From the NCBI RefSeq assembly GCF_030144855.1, contig NC_082715.1, positions 146,568,001-146,632,000 of the forward strand: a DNA stretch of 64,000 bases. Direction: 5' to 3'. Source of the stretch: Hypanus sabinus. Taxonomy: Eukaryota. Shown here one piece after another: positions 1 to 11,258 of this stretch (positions are counted from its first letter, which is position 1; each line of letters starts with the position of its first letter). The notes under the pieces were generated by a model, which had not been told where the DNA came from, did not search any database, and saw only the letters and a list, made by a program, of their open reading frames with translations. The translations under genes and the position numbers were made by a program.

Positions 1-215
1 TCAATATGAATTTTAAAAGAAATTTTGGGGCATTCAGCGCGTCGAGTGCGCAAGTTCAACAAAATTGTCAATGCACAGTTAATCGTGGTTGGATATCTGA
101 AAAACTCCGCCTTGAAAAGCATTTGTTTCGAAACCACAATTAGACGACAAAACAATTAATTATTGTTCACTTAAGTACCAGGAAGCCAAGTGAATTGATT
201 GGATATTTTACTTAC

Positions 216-560
216 TGCCAATGGCCAGCCTCGTTCCTTTGCCGAAGATGTAAACATTATTTTTCCAGACAGCACAGTAATAGTCTGCCGCATCCTCCGA
301 CTGGACGCTCGATATTGTCAATGTTGCCGTGTTGCCGGATACTGAGCCGTCGAAACGGTTCGGGACTCCGGAGCCTCGATAAATGCTCCCCGAATAATAG
401 TAGAACAGATACCGAGGAACTTTTCCGGGAATCTGCTGGTACCAGAAAACACTGCTACTTCCTAAAGAGGTTCCAGACAAGGTGCAGGGTATTTGGACGG
501 TCTGCCCCGGAGATGTGGATTTCGAAGGTGGTTGATTCATTGCAACTTCCGCGTTGATAT
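216..560 (-). CDS. IGLV: Ig lambda-type light chain germline-joined VJ exon, unit 1 (V1)
   Basis: Acceptor TTTCCAG| at 561-562 and phase-1 donor GGCA|GTAAGT at 215. Translation EVAMNQPPSKSTSPGQTVQIPC...WYQQ...DYYCAVWKNNVYIFGKGTRLAIG has both Cys, the Trp and FGxG. No RSS or spacer between V and J. C exon is outside the window. Confidence 0.96.
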
Positions 561-684
561 CTGGAAACATTCAGAGGGAAGGAAAAATGTGCCGAGATTA
601 ATATTCGAGTAATACCAGAAGTGCGATAAAAATATCATTGAATAGTATTCGAGATTCAATGTAATATCCATAGAAAATACTCAC

Positions 685-733
685 AAATTGCAGTGAACAC
701 CAGCGTACTGACCACACGAACCCACCAAGACAT
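685..733 (-). CDS. IGLV: Leader exon of unit 1 (MSWWVRVVSTLVFTAI + 1 nt)
   Basis: ATG at 733-731, 49 nt, donor GTGAGT. A 124-nt intron splices in frame to give a 20-aa signal peptide ending YINA. Confidence 0.93.
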
Positions 734-792
734 CGTAATTAATTGAGTGAAGCTCACACAAGTTGCGGCGGTTAAGTGGCGTCTCAACTTTT

Positions 793-896
793 CAGCTCGC
801 TTATAAATCCTGTGACGAGCTGGCACTGCGTGTTCCCTATTTATGCAAATCAGTTCAAACAGAATGGCACATTGACACCAATCACAAGTTGCCAAT
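793..896 (-). promoter_or_regulatory. IgL V promoter, unit 1: TATA-like (801-808), octamer ATTTGCAT (843-850), two CCAAT motifs (878-882, 892-896)
   Basis: Octamer in light-chain orientation about 110 bp upstream of the ATG; same layout in units 3 and 4. Confidence 0.88.
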
Positions 897-1460
897 TTTT
901 CCTGTGTCAAAATAATATCAGGCTCTGAACCAGATAAGCATTTGGTTTCGAGTTGCGTATTTCGCCAAAGTATTTTATATTAACAACTTGTCCTATTCTC
1001 CATTCAGTTGCACACTATATTGATAATACGCAATACTTGCACCCTGATTAAAGATGGTTTGTCCGAGATTTTCGAAAACAACATAAAGAAATAACAATAT
1101 TGGCAATTATTAACAGATTTGTAGGGTTGATAATAATGTCTAAGCCAGTTGTCTGTATGTTTTTAGAAAACTCACTGCCAAACATATGTAAAGGGTTTAT
1201 GATGATTTTGAAAAGCCTATTTTCTAGCAGCACTCCAAATACTGTAGATATTCAGAAGGAAAATTGAGAAATGTATTGAATCGACCAGAGAGGTTATAGC
1301 GCGTTGTGAATAATTAAAAGTGAATCAAATGATTCAGCTCGTGCAGAGGGTGATTCGCTATAAATTCTGCCAACCTTACGTCAATATAGGGAATTATATT
1401 CATATGTAAGCACATGGTCCTTACACCATATAATGAACTGTATACAGTGTGTGGCGGGGT

Positions 1461-1808
1461 TAAGATACTTCTTAACCAAAGGTGGTGCGAGGCGCTCCAT
1501 CGCGGAGCTGGACCGCAGGTCACCCTAAGGTCGCACCTGCTTAGCCCCACGATCTGTGTCACGTGAAGCAGGGGAGCAGGAGGTGGATGGTCGTATCAGA
1601 AGCTGCTGCTCGTAAATCCTGGTTTGCGACCACTGACGCCAGGCAGACAATCTGTGAAGAGGATTGGCAAAGGCGGTGTTTACCCGACGCTGTCCAGGAG
1701 AAGGCAATGGCAAATCACTTCTGTAGAAAGACACTGCGAAGAACAATCATGTCATCGATAATACCATGATCGCCCACGTCGTACAGCACTGCATATAATG
1801 CTAATGAT
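1461..1808 (+). mobile_element. RTE-tail SINE-like repeat (copy upstream of V1)
   Basis: Contains AAGGCAATGGCAAATCACTTC and a TAATG-type tail; paralogous copies at the same position upstream of units 2, 3 and 4. Confidence 0.6.
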
Positions 1809-2635
1809 GTGTTTATATGAATGAAGTAGACAATCTGGGAGTGAATGCTATATTTTTATCGGTCTCAGTGTTCAGGCAGAAGTAGTTAACAGCGAAATAA
1901 TTCTGAGGTCTTAATAACAATTCAACCATCGAACTTATCAATCCTCCAAACTATATGTTTGGGACATCAGGAGCTATTAGCCGTATAATGAGTTTTAAAT
2001 TAAGTATTTAAGCCATGAGTAATGTTATTCTATTTTTAGGGGGTTTCCTTATGTCTCCAAGAATATCAGAACAAACTCTACTGTTTTGTCAGTTTCAAGG
2101 TATAAAAGGAGAGGAAGTTCAACAGAATGAAATTGAAAGGAATAGTTAGAATAGATTATGCCTGGCATACTCAGCTCCTCCAGAATTTTGTTTGTGTGTT
2201 ATTCTATATAGAACAGCGGAGCGTACCTGGGATATGGGAAATCTCGTAATTCCTGTTGGGCCGGACAGTTAGAATCTGACAACCAGCAGCTATCCAAATA
2301 TCACAAAACACAGAATATAAAGTACGAGTTCCGAATCCTAGAAGTTCATGTCCTCTTTGCAGCAGGTTATTACATAAGAAACCGAGTCAGTAAACTTATT
2401 ATATCAATAAATAAGTGGCAGAACTCTTATCGGATAATCTATCGCTATCACGTGCCCGTTAATGCCAAAGAGAAGACAACTGAAATTTGTTGCTTGCAAC
2501 TTAAATCCATCTATATGCACATTAGCAAAACATCGGATGAGATTGATTTGAAAGCAACGGCTGCACTTAAACCTTGTGCACACAACTCTAATGAACTCTG
2601 TCATATGACAGGGATCATCTATAGCGAGAAGCACA

Positions 2636-2756
2636 GTCTCGGCCCGACACGTCGACTGTACTTCTTCCTATAGATGCTGCCTGGCCTGCTGCGTTCCACC
2701 AGCATTTTGTGTGTGTGTTGCTTGAATTTCCAGCATCTGCAGATTTCCTCGTGTTT
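2636..2756 (+). mobile_element. Penelope-associated elasmobranch repeat fragment (truncated hammerhead-type head)
   Basis: GTCTCGGCCCGACACGTCGAC...GATGCTGCCTGGCCTGCTGCGTTCCACCAGCATTTTGTG; same family at 18218, 34365, 43101 and 49655. Confidence 0.7.
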
Positions 2757-2876
2757 GCGTTTTCAGGTACAGAGTAAATCTCCTTTACTGTCCCAAATTA
2801 TTATCTCCCTGAGATTGCGATAGAAAAATTCATTACTGTAAGATTTCCTTTCGAAGACTCCAAAGATACGAGGATG
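2757..2876 (+). pseudogene. Decayed plus-strand VJ remnant (FR3-CDR3-J), unit 1
   Basis: Reads FSGTE*ISFT..., then CATTACTGT (YC motif, 2831-2839). AAAGATACGAGGATG matches the lambda J AAAGGAACGAGGCTG at 12/15, followed by G|GTGAGT. Paralog at about 21990-22100. Confidence 0.5.
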
Positions 2877-3064
2877 GTGAGTTAAAAACAAATTAATTTA
2901 ACTTACAATGTCGAGATAAATACTGGAAGGGCCAGGACAACACGAGGTAGATGGAAAGAAAAGCTACTAGACTGCCCGTCAGCGAGTAACGATCTTCAAC
3001 AGACAATGAGAATTCCTGCAGTAGCACCCTACCATAAAACTAAATACAGAGTTCAGTTTAAGAG

Positions 3065-4029
3065 TTCCATTATTTCTATTCCAGGATCAGAATCGCCTTC
3101 CTCTAGGGAAATGAGACTTGGCAAGCGACTGATGGGGGCAGTTTGGAGCCAGTCACCTTAATTCCATGAGATTTTAAAGGAGTTTTCAAAAGGAGACAGG
3201 GTTAGTTCGCAAGTTAAAGGCCTAAATTGGGACAAAGCAAAATTTGATAGGATTAGACCGGATCTCTGAAAGATCAATTCGGAGAAGCCGTTAGCAGGCA
3301 TAGTGCAGTTTGGCAAGTCGGAAGCTTTTGAAAATGAGATACAGAAAATACTTTGCAAATATATTCCTGTCAGCGTGAACGCAAGCCAGGTAGGATTCAG
3401 GACAGCTGACTGATGGAAGGAGATGGAGATCTGCTGAAGTGAAAGGAATAACCATCTGGGATGTAACAAAATCTGGTAGGAAAATATAGGACTGCTGGAT
3501 TCGTTACTAAAGAAATCGGTAGCGAAAAGGGACATAAGACATACTTGGCAGACAGGTTGACCTAAGAAATTCTTTAAATATATAAAGAACCAAAAGGCAG
3601 CTGGGGAGAGCAAAGGTCCACTTAAGAATTAATTTCATCATCGAGGATCTAAATGAATGCCTCTACTCTTCTAAGAATAGGAAATGGCACGAAAGCTAGC
3701 AAACGCAGAGGTGAGCACAGTGATGCCCTGGAAGGTAATGGCAGCATGCAAAATCACTGTTGCTGTGTTTTTGAGGAGGATAACGATGAGGAGCTCCCGG
3801 TATCTTTGCCATCTATATCCGAAAGCGTGTAGCAAGCTTAGAAGCACTTTGCTGGACCTTGTAGAGACTTTTGTATCTTCGTTAGCTACACGTGAGCTTA
3901 CGGAAGCGTAAAGGTTGAATGATGTTCCATCTTTATTTAAGAGAAACGTTAAGGATAAGCTACGGAATTGCAGGCTAGCGAGCCTCACATTAGTGGTGGG
4001 AAAGTTACTGCAGGTGATTCTGTAATATA
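3065..4029 (+). mobile_element. CR1 LINE ORF2 fragments, decayed
   Basis: Resembles the endonuclease-RT linker of the CR1 copies at 25.6 and 51.3 kb; paralogous piece at about 22290-22560. Confidence 0.7.
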
Positions 4030-4031
4030 TA

Positions 4032-5507
4032 CAGTGGTATCTGTAAGTTTGGGCACCCCTTGTCAAAACTCCTGTTACTATGAATAGCTAAGCGTGTAAA
4101 GGATGACCTGATTTCCAAAAGGCATAAATTAAAGCCGACATGTTTCTTTAATATTTTAAGCAATATTACTTTTTTGTTTCCATCTTTTACAGTTTCAAGA
4201 TAACAAGAAAGGAAAAAGGCCCGAAGCAAACGTTTGGGCACCCTGCATGGTCAGTACTTAGTAACACCCCTTTTGGTAGGTATCGCAGCTTGTAAACACT
4301 TTCTGTAGGCAGCTAAGCATCTTTCAATTCTTGTTTGGGGGATTTTCGCCCATTCTTCCTTGAAAAAGTCTTCTAGTTCTGTGAGATTCTTGAGCCGTCT
4401 TGCATGCATTGCTCTTTGGAGGTCTATCCACAGATTTTCGATGATGTTTAGGTCGGGGGACTGTGAGGGCCATGGCAGAACCTTCAGCTTGTGCCTCTTG
4501 AGATAGTCCATTGTGGATTTTGAGATATGTTTAGGATAATTATCCTGTTGTAGAAGCCATTCTCTTTTCGTCTTCAGCTTTTTACAGACATTAGCTTCCA
4601 AAATTTGCTGGTATTTAATTGAATTCATTCTTCCCTCTACCAGTGAAATGTTCCCCGTGCCGCTGGCTGGAACACAAGCCCAAATCATGATCGATCCACT
4701 CCCTTGATTAAGAGTTGGTGAGGTGTTCTTTTCATGAAATTTAGCACCCTTTCTTCTCCAAACATAGCTTTGCTCATGGCAGCCAAAAAGTTCTACTTTA
4801 ACTTCGTAAGTCCACGGGACTTGTTTCCAAACTGCATCAGGTTTGTTTAGATGTTCCGTTGCAAAATTCCGACGCTGAATTTTGTGGTGAGGACGCAGGA
4901 AAGGTTTTCTTAATCCTACGAGCAGTTCTCTCGGAAAGTTTTCTTGGTCTTCCAGACCTCAACCTAACCTCCACCATTCCTGTTAACCGCCATTTCTTAA
5001 TTACATTACGAACTGAGGAAACGGCTACCTGAAATCACTTTGCTATCTTCTTATAGCCTTCTCCTGCTTTGTGGGCATCATTTATTGTAATTTTCAGAGT
5101 GCTAGGCTGCTGCTTAGAGGAGCCCATGGCTGCTGATTGTTGGGACAATGTTTGAGGGGTCAGGGTATTTATAAAACTTTGAAATTTGCATCATCTGACC
5201 TTTCCTAACAATGACTCTGAACAAGCCATAGTCCTAACAAGCTAATTACGATCTGAGACCTTGATAAAAGTTATCTGAGAGCTGAAATATCTTGGGGTGC
5301 CCAAACTTTTGCATGGTGCTCCTTTCCTTTTTTCATTCTAAAATTGTACAAGTCAAGAAATAATACTCTAATCTTGCTTAAAATGTTGAAAAGAATGCTT
5401 CCTCTTTAAATTTATGACTTTTGAAAATTAGTTCATCTTATACTCACTTAACTGTTCACAGTAACATAAGTTTTGACGAGGGGTGCCCAAACCTTTGCAT
5501 AGCACTG
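4032..5507 (-). mobile_element. Tc1/mariner DNA transposon, IR/DR type
   Basis: TA TSD at 4030-31 and 5508-09; termini CAGTGG...CACTG; the motif TTTGGGCACCC occurs twice in each long inverted repeat. Confidence 0.95.
4251..5127 (-). pseudogene. Tc1 DDE transposase, disrupted
   Basis: QQDNYPKH...WPSQSPDLNIIENLW catalytic motifs; ATG at 5127; internal stop and deletions. Confidence 0.92.
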
Positions 5508-5664
5508 TATATTCGAATTGTATCTGCAACTGCGCAGCCAATTGTGGCACCGCCACGTCTCAGAAATTGCAATGTTGCCAGACAATTGCTAATTTTTTGA
5601 TTGTTTACAGTTGTAAATATTGCCCAGTGCAATAATCTCTCTCTGCTGCTTCTCTTGAAAATCA

Positions 5665-6035
5665 TTCCCCTCGAAGGTATTTCAAATTATGAGGGGAATA
5701 GATGGAGTTGATGTGGATAGGCTTTTTCCATTGAAGGTACGGGAGATTCAAATAAGAGGACATGTTGAGAGTTAGGGGGCAAAAGTTTAGGGGTAACACG
5801 AGGGGGAACTTCTTTACTCAGAGAGTGGTAGTTGTGTGAAAGGAGCTTCCAGTAGAAGTGGTAGAGGCAGGTTCGATATTGTCATTTAAATTAAAATTGG
5901 ATAAGTACATGGACAGGAAAGGAATGGAGGGATATGGGCTGAGTACAGGTCGGTGGGACAAGTGAGAGTAAGCGTTCGGCACGGACTCGATAGGCCGAGA
6001 TGGCCTGTTTCCGTGCTGTAATTGGTGTATGGTTA
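5665..6035 (+). mobile_element. CR1 LINE 3' end
   Basis: C-terminal ORF2 motifs (RTRGH-like, FFTQRVV) and the CR1 3' UTR GGCCTGTTTCCGTGCTGTA. Confidence 0.85.
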
Positions 6036-6255
6036 TAAGGTCCTGTACAGTCACCGCACATATCTAATGCCGATTGTTTAACACGCAATCGGTACTGTTG
6101 TACAATGTCAGTCCATGTTTGTCACTTGTTTTTAGTGTGGCACTTGAACCCCCAACCTGCCATCGGAGTGGTCGCAGGTCAAGCCACCAAGTATTAAATG
6201 TCTGACACAGGATTTGTTATCACTCTTTAATATGGATATTTCTTTCCCACTCCAG

Positions 6256-6579
6256 GTGAAAAAAATTGTCCAGCTCTTTGATTGCTCTTCTTCAACCCCG
6301 TAACTAAACAGAAAGGAGAAGGACAGATGGAGACTCTGCTATGTCTAATCAATGTATTTTTTTCCTGGACCGGTAGTGGTGTCCTGAGAAATGAACCACA
6401 ATGTCGTGATCTGGTGTTCAGACAACCAGAGTCGTCCAGGATAGCGACCAGACCTACAACGTCAGCATTTACCGCACGCTGGCCGCCTCCGAGTGGAACT
6501 GACAAGAAAATAATGCATTTGTGGACTTATACTCGAATCTCCGCAGAGGCGAAGCATCTGGCGATCAGGCTGCGTTTAA
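6256..6579 (+). pseudogene. IGLC: Ig light-chain constant-domain pseudogene, plus strand, unit 1
   Basis: Acceptor CCAG|GT. Frame-corrected reading GEKLSS..ETLLCLIN.FFPGPVVVS*..TTRVVQDSDQTYNVSIY.TLAASEWN*..SIWRSGCV*. Length 324 nt versus 323 nt for the intact C, with the same RSGCV* terminus. Confidence 0.88.
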
Positions 6580-7914
6580 GGGGGAGCCGACCGGCTGGGT
6601 GTGCACTGTTATTTACCGTGAGACACTGCAACGTTCCACCATTGTATTCTTTCTATCTGCAAGCGGCAGTCCTACAGTTGTGCTTTACATTATGGCATTT
6701 AAATAATCTTTCACATTAAAAATGTGAGGTAGAATCTATTGTTACAGAAAATAAAATTGTATTCTTCTGGCAACATATATATCTACCATGCCAACGATTG
6801 AGTATAACCAGAGGACTGGCAGCTGTTGCGGTTTTCTGGATGTATCGGTTATTAACCATAAAACTTGGAAGAGGAATTTTGTCCTTCTAATATGTTCATA
6901 TACTATTAGGTTCTGGTTGATATTCAGCCTCAGCGTCACGTTCATGCCCTTAACCTTAATATTGAGAAATCCGTGGTTTTATGAATTAATTTAATGACGA
7001 TGGGGAATGACACCATCGACAGCACATTAAGTGTCTATGGTTGACTAAAGAGCTGCTGTGCCAAAGTGCCTTTTCTGGGAACATGACGTAACGCCCCTAA
7101 GTCAGAATTCCGGCAAAAGGCCGCGATCACTTCTCGCTTCTTTTCCTAGTATCAACCGCTCAGTCTGAGTCTGGTGCGATGGTTGTGAACTCCTCAGCTA
7201 GGAAAGGATCGTATCATCATGCAGCATGTTACGATCTGTTGGAATTTTACATTTCATCGAGATCTCCCATCATTCTCGTAAACTTTAGAGAAAACAGGGT
7301 CAGACGATGCTATTTCTTCTCCATTGGCGAATCTGGAAGTCATCTGTTGAAATCCCTCCATCTTTTAAGCAGCGATAGCTAAAACACACAATGACGTCAC
7401 TACTCGTGCACCCAAATTCCCGCATGTCAAAAGCTAACATAACATTTGTCTTCCTTGTGGTCTGTTGTTCTGGAACTTCGGCTTTCAGGAACATCACCAA
7501 ACGTCCAGCCATTAAAATCATTGACATGATTGTAAAATATATTAAAATTGCAGCAAGTTATTAAGCAATTAAACTGACGGTTTAGTTAACATTTGTCCCT
7601 GAAACAAATAAACAAATGAATAGTTAAAACAATAAATTAAAATAAATAGTGTTTAAACAGTTTGTCTTTCCCTTTATACGACTCATCTTTTCCCTGCACC
7701 ACACAAACAATGGTGTCTCCAATATTTTGAAGGGGTGAATCTGGCCCAGGATACAAAGCACAATCTACAGTGTAAAGCTGGGTGCCGTCCTTTCGGTTCT
7801 GATACAGGTTCTTGCAGCGTTGTATTTGCTATTCCAAAGATAACTGTCTGGCAAAGACAGTTTTCAATTTTTTTTCTCAAAGTTTGAAAATCTGCACCTT
7901 AACTTGAATTACCA

Positions 7915-8650
7915 ATTCGAATGGAATTGACTTTCACATGCATGAGGAGTAAAAATCTTTACGTTACGTCTCCGTCTAAATGTGCAATGTGCAATCATAG
8001 TAATTTATAAGAATTTATAATAAATAAATAAGCAATGTAACATAGGAATACATTTAAATCAGCGTGAGTTAATCAGTCTGATTGCCTGATGGAAGAAGCT
8101 GTCCCGGAGCCTGTTGGTCCTGGCTTCTATGCTGCGGTAAAGTTTCCCAGATGGTTGCAACTGGAATAGATTGTGGTTCTGGTGCCTAGGGTCCCTCATC
8201 ATACTTCGGACCCTTTCTTCACACCCTAACCCATACCTAAAAAATTGGAAATTCACAACTATAGATGCGCTGAGCTGTCCGCACCACTTTCTGCAGAATC
8301 CTGCGATTTAGGAAGGTAGAGTTCCCATATCAGGCAGTGATGCAGCAAGTCAGGATGCTCTCAATTGTGCCCCTGTAGAAGGTTCTTATAATTAGGGGCC
8401 CATACCAAACTTCCTCAGCCGGCTGCGGTGAAAGAAGCGCTGTTTTGCCTTGTTCACCACACATCTGGTGTGTACAGACCACGTGAGGTACTCAGTGATG
8501 TGAATGCCGAGGAACGTAAAGCTATTTACCCTCGCCACACCAGATCCATCGATGTCAATAGGGGTTAGCCTGTATCCATTCCTTCTGCAGTCCACAACTA
8601 GCTCCTTTCTTTTTGCGACATTGAGGCAGAGATTGGTTTTCTTGACAATT
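7915..8650 (-). mobile_element. Rex1/Babar-type LINE 3' fragment
   Basis: VNSFTFLGIHITEYLTW..KAKQRFF..LRKFG and RYRSIEARTNRLRDSFFHQAIRLIN motifs. Confidence 0.85.
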
Positions 8651-8865
8651 ACATGCCGTCGAAAAAGATTTAATCAATGCTGGAAATACTGAACAAGTCA
8701 AGTAGCTTTCTGTATAATCCTTAACATTTGAGTTCATTTCCCTTGCATTACAAAGTGTAAATGGTAGAGAATTGGTAGGGCAAAGAAAACATAAACATTT
8801 CCGGCACAGTACGAAGGGAAAATGAATGGCACATCTCATCAAGGGAAAGGTGGTCAACCACAGCT

Positions 8866-9140
8866 TTTTATTTATTTAGAGATACAACACTGAACAGGCC
8901 CTTCTGGTCCAATGAGCCACACCGTCGAGCAACCTACCTGTTTAAAATTAGCCTAATCCCAGGAGAATTTACGATGATCAATTAACCTAGTAGTGCAAAA
9001 GTCTTTGAACTATGGGGGGAAACCAGAGCACGCGGAAGAAACACACGCAGTTTACCGGAAGAACGAACAACCTCCTACACACAGTTCGAACTATGGTACG
9101 CCCTGATTTGTTGTAGCGTTGCGCTGACCCTCACGCTACC
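8866..9140 (-). mobile_element. tRNA-head V-SINE (HE1-like)
   Basis: Reverse complement of the SINE at 32078; TAAA tail; an equivalent copy in unit 2 at 29490. Confidence 0.75.
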
Positions 9141-9569
9141 CAGATTCCCAGGTGACACGGACAAGGTGAACTGTAAGTGAATATAAGAGCTTAGATTATG
9201 CAAGGTCACGTGTATAAATGGGAAAACCTTCGCGGATCTTCCGCAGGTTGAGCGTGTACCATCATTGTACAAATATTGTCAAGACAGAGGAACAACGGCG
9301 GTTCATTGCGAAATCATAATATTCTGATGGCAGGTGTGGGATCTGAAATGTAAACTCTGTTTCTTCTCCCACAGATGCTGCTTGAGCGGCTGTGTCTCCA
9401 GCATGTTCAGTTTGTACTTCAGATTTCAAGCATCTGACGTTCATTATCGTACGAATGTGACGTGTGAAGCCAGTGAAGGTGCAACGCAAGATTGCATGTG
9501 TGCAAAATGGCAAAAAGTAAACCACCTTTTCAAGATCATACAGTGCTGACTGTATCAATATATCAGGAC

Positions 9570-11258
9570 ATTTAGAGGTTGAGAAAACAGAAGTTCTGGG
9601 CGTCCTAATATGTATTAAGGTAGATAGATCCCCAGGGTCAGATGGATGTTACCTCTGGTTATTGAAGGAATCAGGAAACGAGATGGCTGGAGCCTTGGCC
9701 ACCATCTTCGTGTCCTCTCTAGCCACAGAGGACTGACGAGTGGCTAAAGATGTACCGCTATTTACGAAGGGAAAATCCTCAGAAGTATAGACCACAGAGC
9801 CTCACGTCAGTTGTAGGAAATTGTGGGAGATAACGCTTGGGGATGGGATATATGAACATCTGGAAACCCATAGCTTAACAAAGGAAAGTCAACATGACTT
9901 TCTGCGTGGCAGGTCATGCCTTGCCATATTGACTGAGTTTTGACAAAGTTAGCGGGATATTGTTGAGGTTAGGGCAGTGGAGGTTGGTTACATGGAATTT
10001 AGTAAGGAGCTTGACAAAGTCCCTCCTGGGAAACTAATCTGCATGGTTATCGTAAAGGGTCCTAATGAGGCAGATTTATAGGTATTTGGAGAAAAACTTA
10101 TTAGAAAGGTCAACATGGATTTGTACATGGTACGTTATGTCTAAGCAATCTTATAGAGTTTTTCAAGTGGATTATCAAGTGGGTTGATGAAGGAAAGACA
10201 GTAGATATTGTCTACCGGACTATAGCAATGCCGATGACTGTGCCCCGCATGGGAGGTTGTCATGAAGGTTAATTCGCTTGGCATTCAGAGTAAGGCAGAA
10301 AACTGGATTAGACATTGGCTTCGCAAGAGAGTGCTACTAGATGTGTGCTACGAGATGTTTGCCTCTCTGAGTGGAAGCCTGTGACCAGCTGTGTACCTCG
10401 GGAATGGGTGGTTTGGTCGTTGTTGTTTGTCATCTATATCAATGGTCATAATCAAAATGTGGTGAACTATGTCATCAAATTTGTGGATAACAGTAAGATT
10501 GGGGACGTAGAGAACGGCGAATAAGGCCATTGAAGACTGTAGCAGGATTTGGAGTAAATGCAATAAATAGGCTGAACATTGACAAATGGTGTTATTGCAC
10601 TTTGAGAGGACAAACAAGAAAGGACACACACAATGAACGGCAGGGCACTGAGGAGTACGGTAGAACAGAGGGAATGCGGATCCATAATTTCTCCAAAGTG
10701 ACGTCACAGGCAATTAGCTCCGTAAAGAGAGCTTTTGGCTTCAAAGGCTATCATAGGATACAAGAATTGGGATGAAACCCTGAAGTTGTATAAGACGTAG
10801 GCAAAGCGTAATTTTGAGCATTGTATATAGTTCTAGTCACCACAGGAACGATATCAATAAGATTGAAAGAGTGCAGAGAAAAATTGCACTCATCCTGAAT
10901 TATGGGGAACATTTCAATAGATTTGGACTTCATTCCCTGGAGCAAAGGAGAATGAGTAGCTATTTCATGGAGGTATACAAAATTATGAGAGGTATAGAAC
11001 GGATAAATGCAAGCTGGGCTTTTCCACCAGGGCTGGGTGAAATTAGAACTAGAGGTCATGGATTAAGGGCGAAAGAGGAGATAATCAAGTGAAACGTGAG
11101 GGGAAAGTCTTTACTTAGAGTGTGGTGGGAGTGTGGAACAAGCTTCCAGCGAAAGGATTGGATGCATGTTCTATTTCAACATTTAAGAATAACTTGGATA
11201 GGTACATGGATGGGAGAGTATGGAGAGCAATGATCTGGTGACTAGTTCGCATAATATT
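9570..11258 (+). mobile_element. CR1 LINE, decayed RT and 3' region; its last ~50 bp continue at 17397-17445 after the L1 insertion
   Basis: RT motifs (KFVDNSKIG, LHSLEQRRM, EIRTRGH); 3' UTR split by the L1/Tx1 element. Confidence 0.8.

Noticed and set aside
273-279. CACAGTA cryptic heptamer at the FR3 end of each V
   Set aside because: It is the reverse complement of the TACTGTG (Tyr-Cys) codons; no nonamer at the proper spacing.
195-557. 120-aa plus-strand ORF (and similar ones at 20044 and 55114)
   Set aside because: Antisense shadow of the V exons; no independent features.
656-910. 84-aa ORF MTQEKL... as a longer first exon
   Set aside because: It runs through the promoter upstream of the TATA; only the 49-nt leader is conserved across units.
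5184-5191. Octamers inside the Tc1 element and at 46321-46328
   Set aside because: Within transposon sequence with no leader or V nearby; expected by chance.
6282-6719. 145-aa ORF as a novel protein
   Set aside because: Read-through of a frameshifted C pseudogene; only ETLLCLIN is in the Ig frame.
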